The position numbers were made by a program, and so were the translations under genes. A stretch of DNA of 64,000 nucleotides, from NCBI RefSeq assembly GCF_009914755.1, contig NC_060928.1; one strand, 5' to 3'. Position 1 is the first letter of the stretch. Every line of letters begins with the position of its first letter. A model generated the notes under the pieces. The model had not been told where the DNA came from. It made no database searches and saw only the letters and a list, made by a program, of their open reading frames with translations. Shown here in pieces: positions 44,668 to 57,985 of the stretch. The stretch comes from the human T2T-CHM13v2.0 reference genome, Homo sapiens.

Positions 44668-44706
44668 CTCTATTTAGTCTGCTCCCATTTAGCTGGAATC
44701 CAGACT

Positions 44707-44990
44707 TAGGATTTCTCAGCTCTCTGTTGTGAATCGCCAGGTTTCTTCTCAGTTTGTTGCAGAATCAATACTCTGTTAAACAAAATAAAAACTGAGTTAC
44801 TATAAAAATGAAATTTAAAAAAAAAAGCAGACATACAAAATATAGCCCCCAACATTTAATTATTAGAATTAATAAACAAAATTATCCTGCTAAATTACTA
44901 CAAAAGTTTCTGAACACTTACATTTTCAATTTCCATATTTATATAGTGGCAAAAAGATAATAAAGAGCTTTGCAGCCTGATCCCAAATAG
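44707..44990 (-). mobile_element. hAT-Charlie MITE (MER5C-like)
   Basis: AGACATACAAAATATAGCCCC...TTATTAGA...AAAAGTTTCTGAACACTTAC resembles recalled MER5C. Confidence 0.5.
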
Positions 44991-47324
44991 TTCCTTCATC
45001 TTTTTGGACTTTTAAAAAATATATTTTCTAACTGCATTGTAGTATAATTTCTAACATATATGGCATTGCCAAAACTTGGAATGTGCTTTTCTGCATCATT
45101 AGTGACTTCTGACTTCTCCGATTGGAACACACGTATGTTTGTTTCCTTTGCAGGCCTAATTGGCAAGACTGCAGATACCCTAGAGGAATTGAGGAAAGGT
45201 GGATAAAGCAACTGATTGCTTTTTTTCAGGACCCTTTAGTCTATTTCCTTTGTGAATTCGTTCATTTGGAGGACAACCTTAGAATGAGCATTAGTTACCA
45301 GATTGAGCCATCAACTATCTTCCGAGAGACAAACTATAATTTCCTGAATTTATTACCCAATATTTTATACCACTTGTCTTGCAGTATTTTGCTGTTATAA
45401 GATGCATTTATTACTGATGATTTCCATCTACTAAGGCGTAAGTCAAACCAGCATTCCATTTTGTCACTCTTCTGCATTTCATATTTAGCCAACTTAGAGT
45501 TCGATGGAATAGAAATACGCTCTATCGAAATTACTCAATTACTGTATTCAAAAGTTTCCACAAATGCTGTAGGTACTAAGAGAATATTTATGTAAATTCA
45601 CATTTTCCAACCATGCTCATCTATGTTAGTTTAAAATGCAAGAGTTAAATTTTTCATTTTGTGGTGATACTATTCCCAAGTGCATTATGTTCATTGCTTT
45701 GAAGAAGCATCTATTACATCTTAAAACACACTTGCCATCATTTTCTTTCTTTGTAAGAATGAAAACACTTTAGAGCTACAGCAGACTCTTAATTAACTTA
45801 AGAAAAAGATGAAAAAAAAAAGCCTTGCTTCTTTTCTCTGTCTCTGTCAGGCTGCAGGAGGACTACATTCTTGAGTAGGAAATGAAAGATTTACGACATT
45901 TTTGAGACTACAATTTTTAATGAGATGCACATTCCTTTTCTCATGTAAGCCTTGTCTCAGGGGGTCTCGGAGCAGAGAGGGAAGGGTTTTTTTGTCTGCG
46001 TCTCCTGATGGTCCTCACTGGATACGTTTTGTGGAGTGTTCTTCTGTTTAAGAATTATTTTCTTTCATATCGTTTTCCCCATTAAACACATATCTTATGG
46101 CATATTTGTTTTGTGCCATACAAAGGAAACGAAAACGCTAAGTCCTGTTTATAGCAACCGTTTACCTGAGTATCTGGAATCTATACAGTGCACGATTTTC
46201 TCCAAATTACTTGTATGTTTCTATTCTTTAAAATAAAGAATAAGGTAATTATAAAACAGTATTCTGATGTGTAACTTCCAAGATCCTAATTTCTCTCATA
46301 CATATTGCTACTAATGGCCTGACAAAAAAGAAAATATACTTCATATACTTTTCTTTACTTCAGTCGCATTAAACCTAAACTGTGTAAAATTGATCCTTCT
46401 TGAATACAGAGTTGGAGCTCAACCATTGTTGTATGTTCTCATGTCACTGTTAGAAAAACAAAAAGGTGCTTTTAAGATCAAAGAACAACACAAACCCAGA
46501 ATACACAGTCATGGTTTGAAAACATAGTTTTAGAAATGCACATTTTGATCTTAAAAGATCAATGAAGGAAAGGGTTTGTGTACTAGACTCTGCCACAAAT
46601 GAGTACCTATATTTTGCATGTGACATGCTGAATGTAATCATATCAACACTAGTGAATGAATATCAGGGTATGCCACAAACAACAGCTCATTCTGATTAAC
46701 TGGCTCATATGCTGTTTTCAGTCTTCCTCTTGGGAGAAAAGTATCTCATATCAACAAAGTTGATGTTTCTACAACTAATGTAATTCCAAGCTACTCTATA
46801 TAGCCTAACATAGAGCAACCATGAGGTTTTAAAGCATTTTTCTTATAGAATATTAGGACTCACAAATACACTTCTAAATCTGCTTCAAAATACCTTGAGT
46901 TCTTATCAACACTGACACTAAGTTATCCCAGGTATCCATATTATAAATAAGCAGATAAGAATAATTTCATATTTTTGCAATAAAAGGATGCTATGTAGCT
47001 CATACTGCATAAAATTTTCAAAAATATAAATTTTTGGCTCCACGGCCTTCATTTCAAGCATCTTCTAAATGTGTGCTATTTCTGCAATCAGGGAGATGGC
47101 GGCTGGACAGCAATCTGAAGGTGCTGATTAGAGGTGTTCAGGGATGAACCCAATCAAAACAGTTAAGGGCAGGAACCTGCCAGTTCCAGGGAGTTTCACA
47201 CTGAATGGAAAATACTGAGTAATCAGAATTTCAAGCAGTGGCCAATGACACAGAAAACTCATAAACATTCTAAAATAAAAATGTTGCAGGAATGCCACCT
47301 AAAGTTTTAAAAATCTTTAACAAT

Positions 47325-47560
47325 AATAATAATAGTTAACATAGATGAAGTGCTTACTATGTGCGAGGGACTCTTCTAAACATTTTTACATCATTTGATT
47401 CTTACAGCATTTCTGTAAGTATATTATTATCCCCATTTTAAAATGGGGAAATAAAAACACAAAGAAGTCAATATCTTGCCCAAGATTACACAGCACAGAA
47501 ATTCTGTAAATAAGATTTTAACTCTGATAGTTTGGTCTAGAGCCTGGGCTCTTAACCACT
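47325..47560 (-). mobile_element. MIR
   Basis: GTGCTTACTATGTGC...ATTATCCCCATTTTA...CTTGCCCAAG...CTAGAGCCTGGGCTCTTAACCACTA. Confidence 0.85.
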
Positions 47561-47659
47561 AGGTATAATGGTAAGCAAACATTGGTGAAAAAAAAGTCCT
47601 TATCTAAAACTATGAAAATTAATGTTAACATCATCACCACCACCATCATTTAAATATTG

Positions 47660-47850
47660 GATATGCTTGGGTTTAAAGCACAATTTAGTTCTGCTACTTA
47701 GGAGCTCCATCGTTAACATGTTTCTTAACCTCTGTAAAATGGTACAATAGCTGTCTTTCAGGGTTACTGCGAGATTGTTATGAATGTATGTAAACCACCG
47801 ACACAACCTCCTGGCACATCGCAGTTGCTCCAAAAGGGGTATTTTTATTA
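47660..47850 (+). mobile_element. MIR
   Basis: CTTAACCTCTGTAAAATGG...CAGGGTTACTGCGAGATT...CCTGGCACAT. Confidence 0.7.
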
Positions 47851-48489
47851 TAAGTATGATAACGGAAGTGATACATGCATGCTGCATACATTAACTGCTT
47901 ACCAGATGATTAAGCAGATATGTCTGAATATAAATACAAAATATAAATCCCACACCAGCAAACGTCTCAATAAAACATTTCAAAAAATGTATTGGGTCAT
48001 GAAAATGAACTTCCTAGATGTAGTGTTTTACGGTTGTGTATCACATACGTATAACTTAGGGCATAAGGAGAAGTCTCGGCCCAGACTTCACAGCCTCAGT
48101 TTTGAAAAAAGGGTGTCCATGGTAGGTGTTTGATACGTGCTTGGGGCTGATGTTTATGCTGAGTTTCAATGATCATTCTCCCACATTAACGGGTTTGGCT
48201 GAAAATATCAATATGCAAGTAGCAGATGTGTATAGCAACTCAAAATGTTTATATAGCATGAAACTCATCTATGCAAGACAGAGACTTTGCTGGTAGACTC
48301 TCCAAAGCTTGAAAGTAGAGGCCATTTAGCCGTAAGGCAACGGTCCCAATCTGCTGGTCCCTAACACCACCCCTTAAGGGTTCCCCCAACCTACAGTCGC
48401 ACCAAGTACTATTTGCAAACTAATCACAAGCTGCTATTCTGATTAATAGACTACAAATTAACTCGGATGGATTGTTAAGGTCATAGTAG

Positions 48490-48491
<2 letters not shown>

Positions 48492-48520
<29 letters not shown>
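48492..48520. repeat. (TG)14 microsatellite
   Basis: Seen directly. Confidence 0.97.
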
Positions 48521-48522
<2 letters not shown>

Positions 48523-49458
48523 AGAAGATTTTCTTTCTCTGGGGTAAATGCCCAAGAATGTGACTGCCGAGTCATAGGGTAAGTGCATTTTTAAAGATTT
48601 AAAATGAAATATACTTGATTTTTAGAGCAGTTTTAGAGCAAGTGAAGAAAGTGCATATATACCCTCTCCCTCCACACATGCACAGCTTCCCCCACTACCA
48701 ACGTCCTGAACCAGAGCAGAACATGTTAGAATCCACGAACCTACTTGGACACACCATTATTCCCCAAAGTGTCTGTGGTATACATTAAGGTTCGCTCTTG
48801 GTGTTGTATATTCTACAGGTTTTGACAAATGTATAAAGATACATACTCACCATTTTAGTACCATCCAGCAATTTTCATTGCCCTAAACATCTACTGTGTT
48901 CTGTCTCCTCATCCCTCCCTTCTACCCCAATTCATGGCACTCACTGATCTTTTTCTGCCTTTTTCAGAAGATCATATAGTTGCAATCACACAGTATGTAG
49001 CCTTTTCAGAGTGGCTTCTTTCACTAAATAATATTTATTTCAGGATCTTCCATGTTTGTCTTCCTTGATAGTTCAGTTCCCTTTGTTGAGGAATATGAGT
49101 CCATTGTCCAAAGTGGCACAGTTTTTTTATATAGTCACCTGCTGAGGGGCATCTTGCTTGCTTCCAAGTTTGGGCAATTATGAATAAAGCTGCTGTAAGC
49201 ATCACGTTTTGGTTTTTGTGTGGATGTAAGTTTTAACGCATTTGGTTAACTATCAAAGAGTGCAATTGCTGAATCCTATGATAAGAGGATGTTTAATTTT
49301 TAAAGAAACTGCCAAACTGTCTTCCAAAGTGGGCGTAGCATGTTGCCTTCCCACCAGCAATGAATGCGAATTCCTGTTGCTCCTCAGCAGCATCTGGTGT
49401 TCATATTGTAGACTTCGGCCATCTTAATAAGTGTGTAGTGATATTTCATTGCTGTTTG
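48521..49458 (-). mobile_element. L1MC (L1MC1-like) 3' region with adjacent L1M fragment
   Basis: TTTTTAGAGCAGTTTTAG, CACACATGCACAGC, CTCTTGGTGTTGTATATTCTA, GAAACTGCCAAACTGTCTTCCAAAGTGG. Confidence 0.85.
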
Positions 49459-49794
49459 ACCACAGTAGCTTTTCATCATGATATAGTATCTCAGTAAAAA
49501 CACAGAAAAAGTATAATTACTTTATCATAAGGGGAAACTCAAAATTTTGTTGGAAAGAGGGACTCTCATATTCAAAGAGGTAAGGGATCACTAAGTAAAA
49601 GGATCCTGATGAGAAAATTGTACATTTCAAAGTACTTGTGCAAAAATGTCCCCTTTTACTTTCTGGCCACACACCATTCCTTTACCTGAAACTCTGGTGC
49701 AGCCTCCCAGTTCATGCTGTGCCTCCTATTTCTTCCCAATTTTATATTCCCTCAAAGCACATAAGGGAAAATTTCTCTTTCTCTTTCTCAAGAG

Positions 49795-50140
49795 AAATTC
49801 TCTAAAACTGTGCTCCATGAGATCCTGGTATTATGCAAGATGTCGTTAAAGGCTCTATGAAACAAAGTTCCATCTGTTTAATATAACTCGTTACACTTCT
49901 CCTTCTCTCCATGCATGGAGATACACAATATTTAATGGCCCATTAAAGGGTTTGAGAAGTATTAGAATTAAAACAATTAATAAAGTAGCATTCCAAACTA
50001 TATTCACATGTCAGGGGCCCCATGGGTAGGCGGTGGAGGAGAGAGATTCAGCAGAATTTTTTTTCAGGCAGCACCATAATTACCTAGAAAACATCATGAT
50101 TAGAAGAAGTCATGTGTCTAAGACTGTCCTTTCTGAAACA
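49795..50140. mobile_element. Possible MER103-like hAT element
   Basis: GGAGATACACAAT...ATTAAAGGGTTTGAGAAGT...GCATTCCAAACTA resembles recalled MER103 internal sequence. Confidence 0.4.
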
Positions 50141-50160
50141 AGGGAGCAATTTCTACTTTA

Positions 50161-50559
<399 letters not shown>

Positions 50560-53500
50560 TCACCCTTCCTTAGACCATCAGTAAAAGTCTGCAAGATGAG
50601 GAAAGTGGATGGTACTGGATTTCCTATATAAAACAGTGACGGACGGACCAGCACACAAGGTGGCCACATGGACAAGGGATAGTCTGCATGGACAAGGCAC
50701 AGAAGGCCGTTGTGGGCCCTGGACTCCTGTCAATGAGATCACTCAGCTCTCCCTACCAGCCAGAATTCTGCCCACTCGAGTTAACCCAAGAAGCTCAACT
50801 CCAGATACCTGAAACCCTTTAGAACATCATATGATAAGATGTAAACAGTGTACCCTCTCATTTCTGATGGCTTAAACTAACTATGCATTCATTAGGTATA
50901 ACTATAAATTCATTAGCTTTTTCCACTTAAACCTGGCCAGGCCACATGGAATCTTTGATCTTGAGCCATACTTTTCTCCAGACAGAGACTGATAAATGAC
51001 TTTTTCTGGTAGTTAGAACTGAATCTTTATTCATTGTTTCAGTATCTTCACTCTTTTATGCTCCTTTATAAAATACTATAAGAAAAATAGACATCTTCAT
51101 TAAATAGAATTCTTTAAAAATTGCCTTTCATGGTATTTGCTAAATTTTATTTGCTTATAATAGATGATGCTCAACACAAGGCCAGCTGTTGATGGTGTGT
51201 TATTACGTAAAACTTGTAAACAAGGAAGCAAGGAAGTAAACTGTTTGGTCCATAGGCATGGGTCCACAGAATATCTACCCCAGAATCAACACAAGTGGGT
51301 TCTCAACATGCTGATTCCTAAGGCTGCCCTGGACCTATTAATCCTGAGGACCTGGGACGTGGCCAAGCAATCTGAAAGTTAATGGTCTCTGAACCACTGG
51401 GTTGGATCTTCATAGACAGCAAACCTGGCCCAAAGAATTACTCAGAGTACAAAGAGAACACAAAAGGATGAAGAAAAAGTAGTTGGAATTTTGCAATTTA
51501 GGGGCTGTAAGGGGCCTTAAAAGATCATCTAGCTCAACCCTATGTCTTTATAGTAGAGAAAAATATGTTATTTAACCCGGATCACCAAGTTGAATCAGTT
51601 GACATTCTTTCCCATCTAAAATGTCGTTAGTCTAGAAATTGAAGAAATGAAGAAAATCTGAAAGAATGGAAAAGGAAAGAAACATATATCTGGAAGAAGT
51701 CAACTAACCAGTTTCAGAGAAATGTTCTAATTGTTCAAGATGTACTCAACTTGAATCTGTGATCTTTTCTAAAGACATTTTTTTAACCTTAAGATTTGCT
51801 TTTCAGTATTAGTATTGCTTGAGACAATAGAAGCTAAATATTTGTGGAAATCTACATCATGAACAGGTACTCGCTTGGGCAGCAAATTACAGAGTAAGTA
51901 ATCATTTTCTAATTTCAAGGTTCCTATTCTTTTAGTCATTTAAAATTCAGACTTCAAGCCAATCTATGAATGCCAGGTTTCTGTTAATTACAAACAATTC
52001 ATCTTAATTAGCCTGAAAGATGGTTCTAACAAGAAATAAATTATTGAGCACAAAAAGCAAGTTTTATGACATGTTTAATGTTCATTTCAAATCCCTTTCA
52101 AAACAAATAGCAGTGGAGAACGTGGAGGGTTAGAAAGATAACTTTTGTTGCTGGATTGATTTCAAATCTTCCCTGGCTGCTTGCAGGTGTAGCACTGTTC
52201 ACTTGAAAATTTATTGTAACAGATCACAATCATTACAATCATGATGGTAATCAATGTTCATTAAAGATACAATGAAAATTCCATGATTAAAGGCCATTTG
52301 TTTCATCACAATAAGATCATTTATTTATTATTGGGTAAATTGTTACAAATTGCATATGTTTGGGGCAGTTGAAACAGGGAACATGAATTTGGGGATTGAG
52401 GCCGTGAGTGCCTTTTACTTGGTGAAATTCTGACAATTCAAAGAGAAGACTGCATGTGGCCCGTGAAAGAAAGACAGGCTGTGCTTTTACTCACCACAAT
52501 TCTACACTGTGATCTGATGGTCATTATTCCTCCCAACTCGGCTCTTCATTTTTCTAAATTAGACAATGCTGAACATATCCTGGTGCCTTTGCGCTGTGTT
52601 ATAAATGGTTTTAAGCAGCATGGAAGTTGCACTGTTCTTTATTTAATTCCATCAGCACTCTTAGCTAGTCTACTATGTAAAAAGAGAGTTGAAGACATTA
52701 TATGGGCTTCTTCTCTTTATTTTTGTTTTCGTTTTAAAACCAAAGCAAACATCTCAGATCAATTCAAAAGGAATGAGCAGGAAACCCTCACCAAGATGGA
52801 AAGTGCTAACATTTCACATGAAAAGAAGTTTTTTCCCTGAATTATGCTCCCTGTTTAACCATCTAACTCAGATTAACACTATCTTACTTGACAGCCACCA
52901 GCAAGATTCACCTACCCCTGCCATTCAAATTCCAAACAGTCAGTACAAACAAATTTTTTTTAAAGACGAATTCAACTGTTCTAGTGTAAAGCTGTTTTCG
53001 GCTCATCTGCAGGCCAAACACATTGGCTCAGAGAAACCTGTTTGCTGTCAGACAAAGGCTGTTGCTGTCATTAAGAGTTGTTCTTAGAGGGTGGCCAATC
53101 AGACACGGTGAGTCAGGTGGTCCCAAGGAAAGAGAAAGAAAATGCCACCCACCCACTCTGCGAAGGCTCCACTGGAAAGGTTCCATATGATCTGGCTGTC
53201 ATTGCCCTTGAATTAGGGCTACGGGAACAATTTGCCTTACGATTCACTGAGCAGGAAAGGGTCCTCGTGTTCCCTTGTGTACAGAGGGTGCACATTTCCC
53301 TAAACTCTCCTACTTGGAAGATGGACAATTGCCGAGGAATACTAAATATGGCCAGCAAATTTTGTCCCCAAGAAATCTGAGTGATCTCTGAGGTCAGGCA
53401 AGAATGTGATAGCAATTTAGAATTGGGCGGGGTAGACAATTAAAATTAGTCATGAGGAAACATGCAAAAAACTTTTGCCTTCTCTGACTTCCGATCCCAC

Positions 53501-53719
53501 GAAGCTGACTTCATGTTGCTAAATATTCCGATTACAAGTGAAAAACTCAGACATATGAAAATTCTGTTTATGAGAACCAAAATCTACAAAGAACACATTT
53601 TTCCCCAAGACACTAAATTTATGAGGTCTCAAGTTTATTAGTCAGTCCTTAGTTCCTATTTGAGGTTCCTATTTTGAGCCCTCAACAAGAGCTAAGAGGT
53701 TATGCCTTGATTAAGAATC

Positions 53720-53925
53720 AATCAGAACTGGAGTTTTACTCAATGATATACTTAACTCCTTACTTAACCTGACTTAGCACAATTAATTATATAAGCCACA
53801 ATTTCCTACTCCTTAAAATGAAAGAAATAGTAATATCTGTGCCATGGAAATAGTAATAGAATTAAATGATACGATGTATGGACACATCCTATATGGCACA
53901 TGCTTAACAATCAATGAAAGCTACT
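53720..53925 (+). mobile_element. MIR
   Basis: TTTCCTACTCCTTAAAATGAAAGAAATAGTA...ATTAAATGA...GGCACATGCTTAACAATCAATG. Confidence 0.55.
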
Positions 53926-53926
53926 T

Positions 53927-53963
53927 ACAACAACAACAAACAAACAAACAAACAAACAAAAAA
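53927..53963. repeat. (CAA)n(CAAA)n simple repeat
   Basis: Seen directly. Confidence 0.9.
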
Positions 53964-53968
53964 CCTAG

Positions 53969-54078
53969 GGCCAGGCACAGTGACTCACACCTGTAATTCA
54001 AGCACTTTGGAAGGCCAAGATAGAAGGATTGCTGGAGGCCAGGGTTTCCGTGAGCTACGATCGCACTGCTACACTCCA
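53969..54078 (+). mobile_element. Alu monomer-like fragment (AluJ/FAM-type), no tail
   Basis: GGCCAGGCACAGTGACTCACACCTGTAAT...GGATTGCTGGAGGCCAGG joined to GTGAGCTACGATCGCAC...CACTCCA. Confidence 0.85.
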
Positions 54079-54186
54079 AAGATCTCTTTTTAGCCTAGGA
54101 GTTAATAATTAATTTCATCATTATTTATTGTTCTATTTGATGTAACCACATACAGAAACTGGAAAACAGAAAAAAGAAGATTTTCT

Positions 54187-55562
54187 TAGACACACAGACC
54201 GATGGAACAGAAAAGAGAACTCAGAAATAAGACTGCACACCTACAACCATCTGATCTTCGACAAACCTGACAAAAAAAAAAAGCAATGGGAAAGGGCTCC
54301 CTATATAATAAATGGTGCTGGGAGAGCTGGCTAGCCATATGCAGAAAATTGAAACTGGAACCCTTCCTTACGACATACACAAAAATTAACTCAAGATGAA
54401 TTAAAGACTTAAATGTAAAACCCAAAACAATAAAAACCCTAGAATAAAATCTAGGCAATACCATTCAGGACATAGAGGTATGGGGAAAGATTTCATGAAG
54501 AAAATACCAAAAGCAATTGCAACAAAAGCAAAAATTGACAAATGGGATCTAATTAAACTAAAAAGCTTCTGCACAGCAAAAGAAACTGTCATCAGAGTGA
54601 AGAGACAACCTACAGAATGGGAGAAAATTTTTTGCAATCTATCCATCTGACAAAGGTCTAATATCAAGAGTCTACAAGGAACTTAACAAATTTACAAGAA
54701 AAAAATAAATATCCCCATTAAAAAGTGGGCAAAGGACATGAACAGTCACTTCTCAATAGAAGACATACATGTGGCCAACAAACATGAAAAAAAGCTCAAC
54801 ATCACTGATCATCAAGGAAAAACCACGATGAGATAACATCTCACGCCCGTCAGAATGAGTGGCATTATTATTAAAAAGTCAAAAAACAACAGATTCTGGC
54901 AAGGTTGTGGAGAAAAAGGGATGCTTTTACACTGTAAATGGGAGTGCAAATATTTCAACCATTGTGGAAGACAGTGTGGCGATTCCTCAAAGACCTGGAG
55001 GTGGAAATACCATTTGACTCAGCAATCCTACTACTGGATATATACTCAAAGGGATATAAATCATTCTATTATAAAGATACATGCACATGTATGTTCACTG
55101 CAGCACTATTCACAATAGCAAAGACGTGGAATCAACCTAAATGTCCATCAGTGATAGACAAGATAAAGAAAATATGGCACACATACACCATGGAATACTA
55201 TGCAGCCATACAAAGGAATGAGATTATGTCCTTTGCAGGGACATGGATGGAGTTGGAGCAGTATCCTCAGCAAACTAATGCAGGAACAGAAAACCAAACA
55301 CCACATGCAATCATTCATAAGTGGGAGGTGAATGATGAGAACACATGGACACATGGGGGAAGGACACACACTGGGGCCTGTGGAGGGGTGCAGGGAGAGG
55401 GAGAGCATCAGGAAGAATAGATAGTGGATGTTGGGCTTAATATCTAGGAGATGGGATGATCTGGGCAGCAAACCACCATGACACATGTTTACCCATGTAA
55501 CAAACCTGCACATCCTACACATGTACCCCTGAACTTAAAATAAAAGTTGAAGAAAAAAAAAA
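54187..55562 (+). mobile_element. 5'-truncated L1PA (L1PA13-like)
   Basis: ORF2 C-terminus (HTYTMEYYAAI). 3' UTR GAGAGCATCAGGAAGAATAG...GGATGATCTG...CCCCTGAACTTAAAATAAAAGTTG followed by poly(A). Confidence 0.92.
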
Positions 55563-55667
55563 GAGATGCTCCCAATTGCAAGATCCTAACAACTTCTGTT
55601 AGCATTTTGGTATAATTTTCCCAGCATTTTTTCCTGGCTGCATTTTTTTACATTCTCTCTCTCGCAT

Positions 55668-55682
55668 ATGTGTGTGTGTGTG

Positions 55683-55713
<31 letters not shown>

Positions 55714-55790
55714 GTATATATATATGTGTGTGTATATATATATGTATATATATATAAAACCTATATATAGTCCATATATAGAGATATATA
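55668..55790. repeat. (TG)n/(TA)n compound microsatellite
   Basis: Seen directly. Confidence 0.95.
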
Positions 55791-57059
55791 TGAGCTGTCT
55801 TTCCAACATTTCTTATAGCTTTAATCATGAAGTAAATCAATGTCATAATAAATTTTGGCCCTAATTATCTGCCATTGTTTATTTGCCTTTTTTCAAAGTC
55901 AATTAGAAAAAGAGAGAACATTATTAAGTATTTATTAAGTTAAAGCTCCTTAATATTAAAAAGATTAATATAGGAGAAGATATGAGGATCTAAGCCTAAA
56001 CCTTAACTGGCATGAAAAAAAAATGACTTTATCCGATGCTACTTTGTTTCATTAAATACAGTACACTCATGTAGGATGTTCTCTTCTTTCCCTCTCAACA
56101 GAGGCATGTGGCACTCTAAGCTCCACATTGCTGAGTTATCTTTAACTTAGGTTTTTCTACGAGAAGAAATATGTGACTGCATGCAATACAAGTACCTGCA
56201 GAGATTTAGTTTAGCCTTGGGACAAAAATTCATAATGGCTAATTTAAAGCACAAAGGTGACGCCACCTTGCTGGAATGAATTTAGAGTTGTAACAGTTGT
56301 AAAGCATCAGTCCTGTAGTCTGGATACTCGGGGTTGTTGCTACTTTCTGTTTGATTTGGACTCACCATGATGTAACTCTGGCACCACTGAGACCACGCCT
56401 GGAAAATGCATATTCATTTGATGCCATATATAATCAACCAAATATACATTGTGTCCTTATTTTGATCTAGTCACCAGTGATACAACAATAAACAGGACCA
56501 GTCTCTGACCTCAAAGAATTCATCTAGTCATTCCACTGAGCTGATGTGTGCCAAGATTGAGTTACAATCAGCCTAGAACAGTAGCAACCATAGACACTTC
56601 CAGGGTGTCAGGCTGATTCCCCATCTTCTAAAATGCAGTACATTTCTTGAATAAATTGGCCACCCAAGGCAGACATGTGCCTCTTCACTCATCTAATTCA
56701 GTTCATCCATCCATGACTTTAGAATTGTTCAAAAATTGCCCAGCTTCCTAATACCAACAAATATTGATACTTCCCTGTTTTATTTTAGATCACATGGTAT
56801 CTTTTCCCTAAATGTATTAGGTATATTTGTTAAATAGCAGACTACCAATCTGGGGAGCAACTGAAATCAGAAACATAGTGAAAGTACCCAAGATGTATAT
56901 ATGGGAATAATAATATTGGTGATTACTACAAGGAATTCTTGTGAGAATTGAATGGAAAATTATATACATATATATATTTATATATGTAATTTTTAACTTA
57001 ATCTTGGCCCACATCACATAGAAATAGTAGTAGCAGATATTGTCTTCATCATCATCAAG

Positions 57060-57653
57060 ATAATAAAACCATTTCAGCCCCTTTGGAAAATAATTTGGCA
57101 TTTCCGCAAAATGTTGTACATAAACCTACCATATCACCAAGCAATTCCACTCCTAAGTATCTGTCCAAGAGAAAAGAAACATCTATCTACATAAAGACTT
57201 GCACATCATTGTTTATAACAGCATTATTCATAAAAGCCAGGACCTGAAAACAACTTGACCACCCCTCAGTTGGCGAATGGATAAAAATATGGTCTATTCA
57301 TATGATGAAATAGCATTGGATAATAAAAAGGAATGAACTGCTGGCACATGCTACATCATGGATGAACCTCAAAAACATTGCCCTAAGTGAAAGAAGCCAG
57401 TCACAAAAGACCACAGACTGTGGATTCCATTTTTAATGATCAATACTAGATTAGTAGTTGCCTGGGGATTAAAGTGTGAAAAAGAATTAACTGTAAATAG
57501 GCAGTAGGGATTTTAGATGGGGCATGAAAAAATGCTCCGAGATCGATTTATGGTGATATTCCTATCATGCCACAGAGTTACAAAACAGTCATTGAATTGT
57601 ATACCTGCAATGGCTGAACTCTTATGATATGCAAAACAGACCTCAATAAAGTT
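57060..57653 (+). mobile_element. L1ME/L1MC 3' fragment
   Basis: GCAATTCCACTCCTAAGTAT, ATGGATGAACCTCAAAAACATT...AAGTGAAAGAAGCCAGTCACAAAAGACCACA, CCTCAATAAAG. Confidence 0.85.
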
Positions 57654-57948
57654 CTTACAAGGAAGATAACAGAACCAAGTTCTAAGTACACCAATTATCC
57701 AGTTGCCTCCTTTGTATCTTTCATATATTTAGAGAATCTATGTCCACTAAAATCGCATTTATCCAGTTAAAGATGAGATTAAGAAATTGTGTTTTCCTGT
57801 TGATAGCCTGAACCTTAACAGTATAGGTAATATAGGACTTAACGTGATTTTTAGATTCGGAATGATTTATTCATTTGTGAACCGTTTCCTGGATCACATA
57901 AAACTTTATTCCAAACATAAACTGTAGCACAAATGACACAGTCCTTCT

Positions 57949-57985
57949 TCACACAGATACACACACACACAAACACACACACACA
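57949..57985. repeat. Interrupted (CA)n
   Basis: Seen directly. Confidence 0.85.

Noticed and set aside
52454-53439. ORFs of 100-132 aa in unique DNA
   Set aside because: Overlapping frames on both strands, no recognisable domain and no coherent splice structure.
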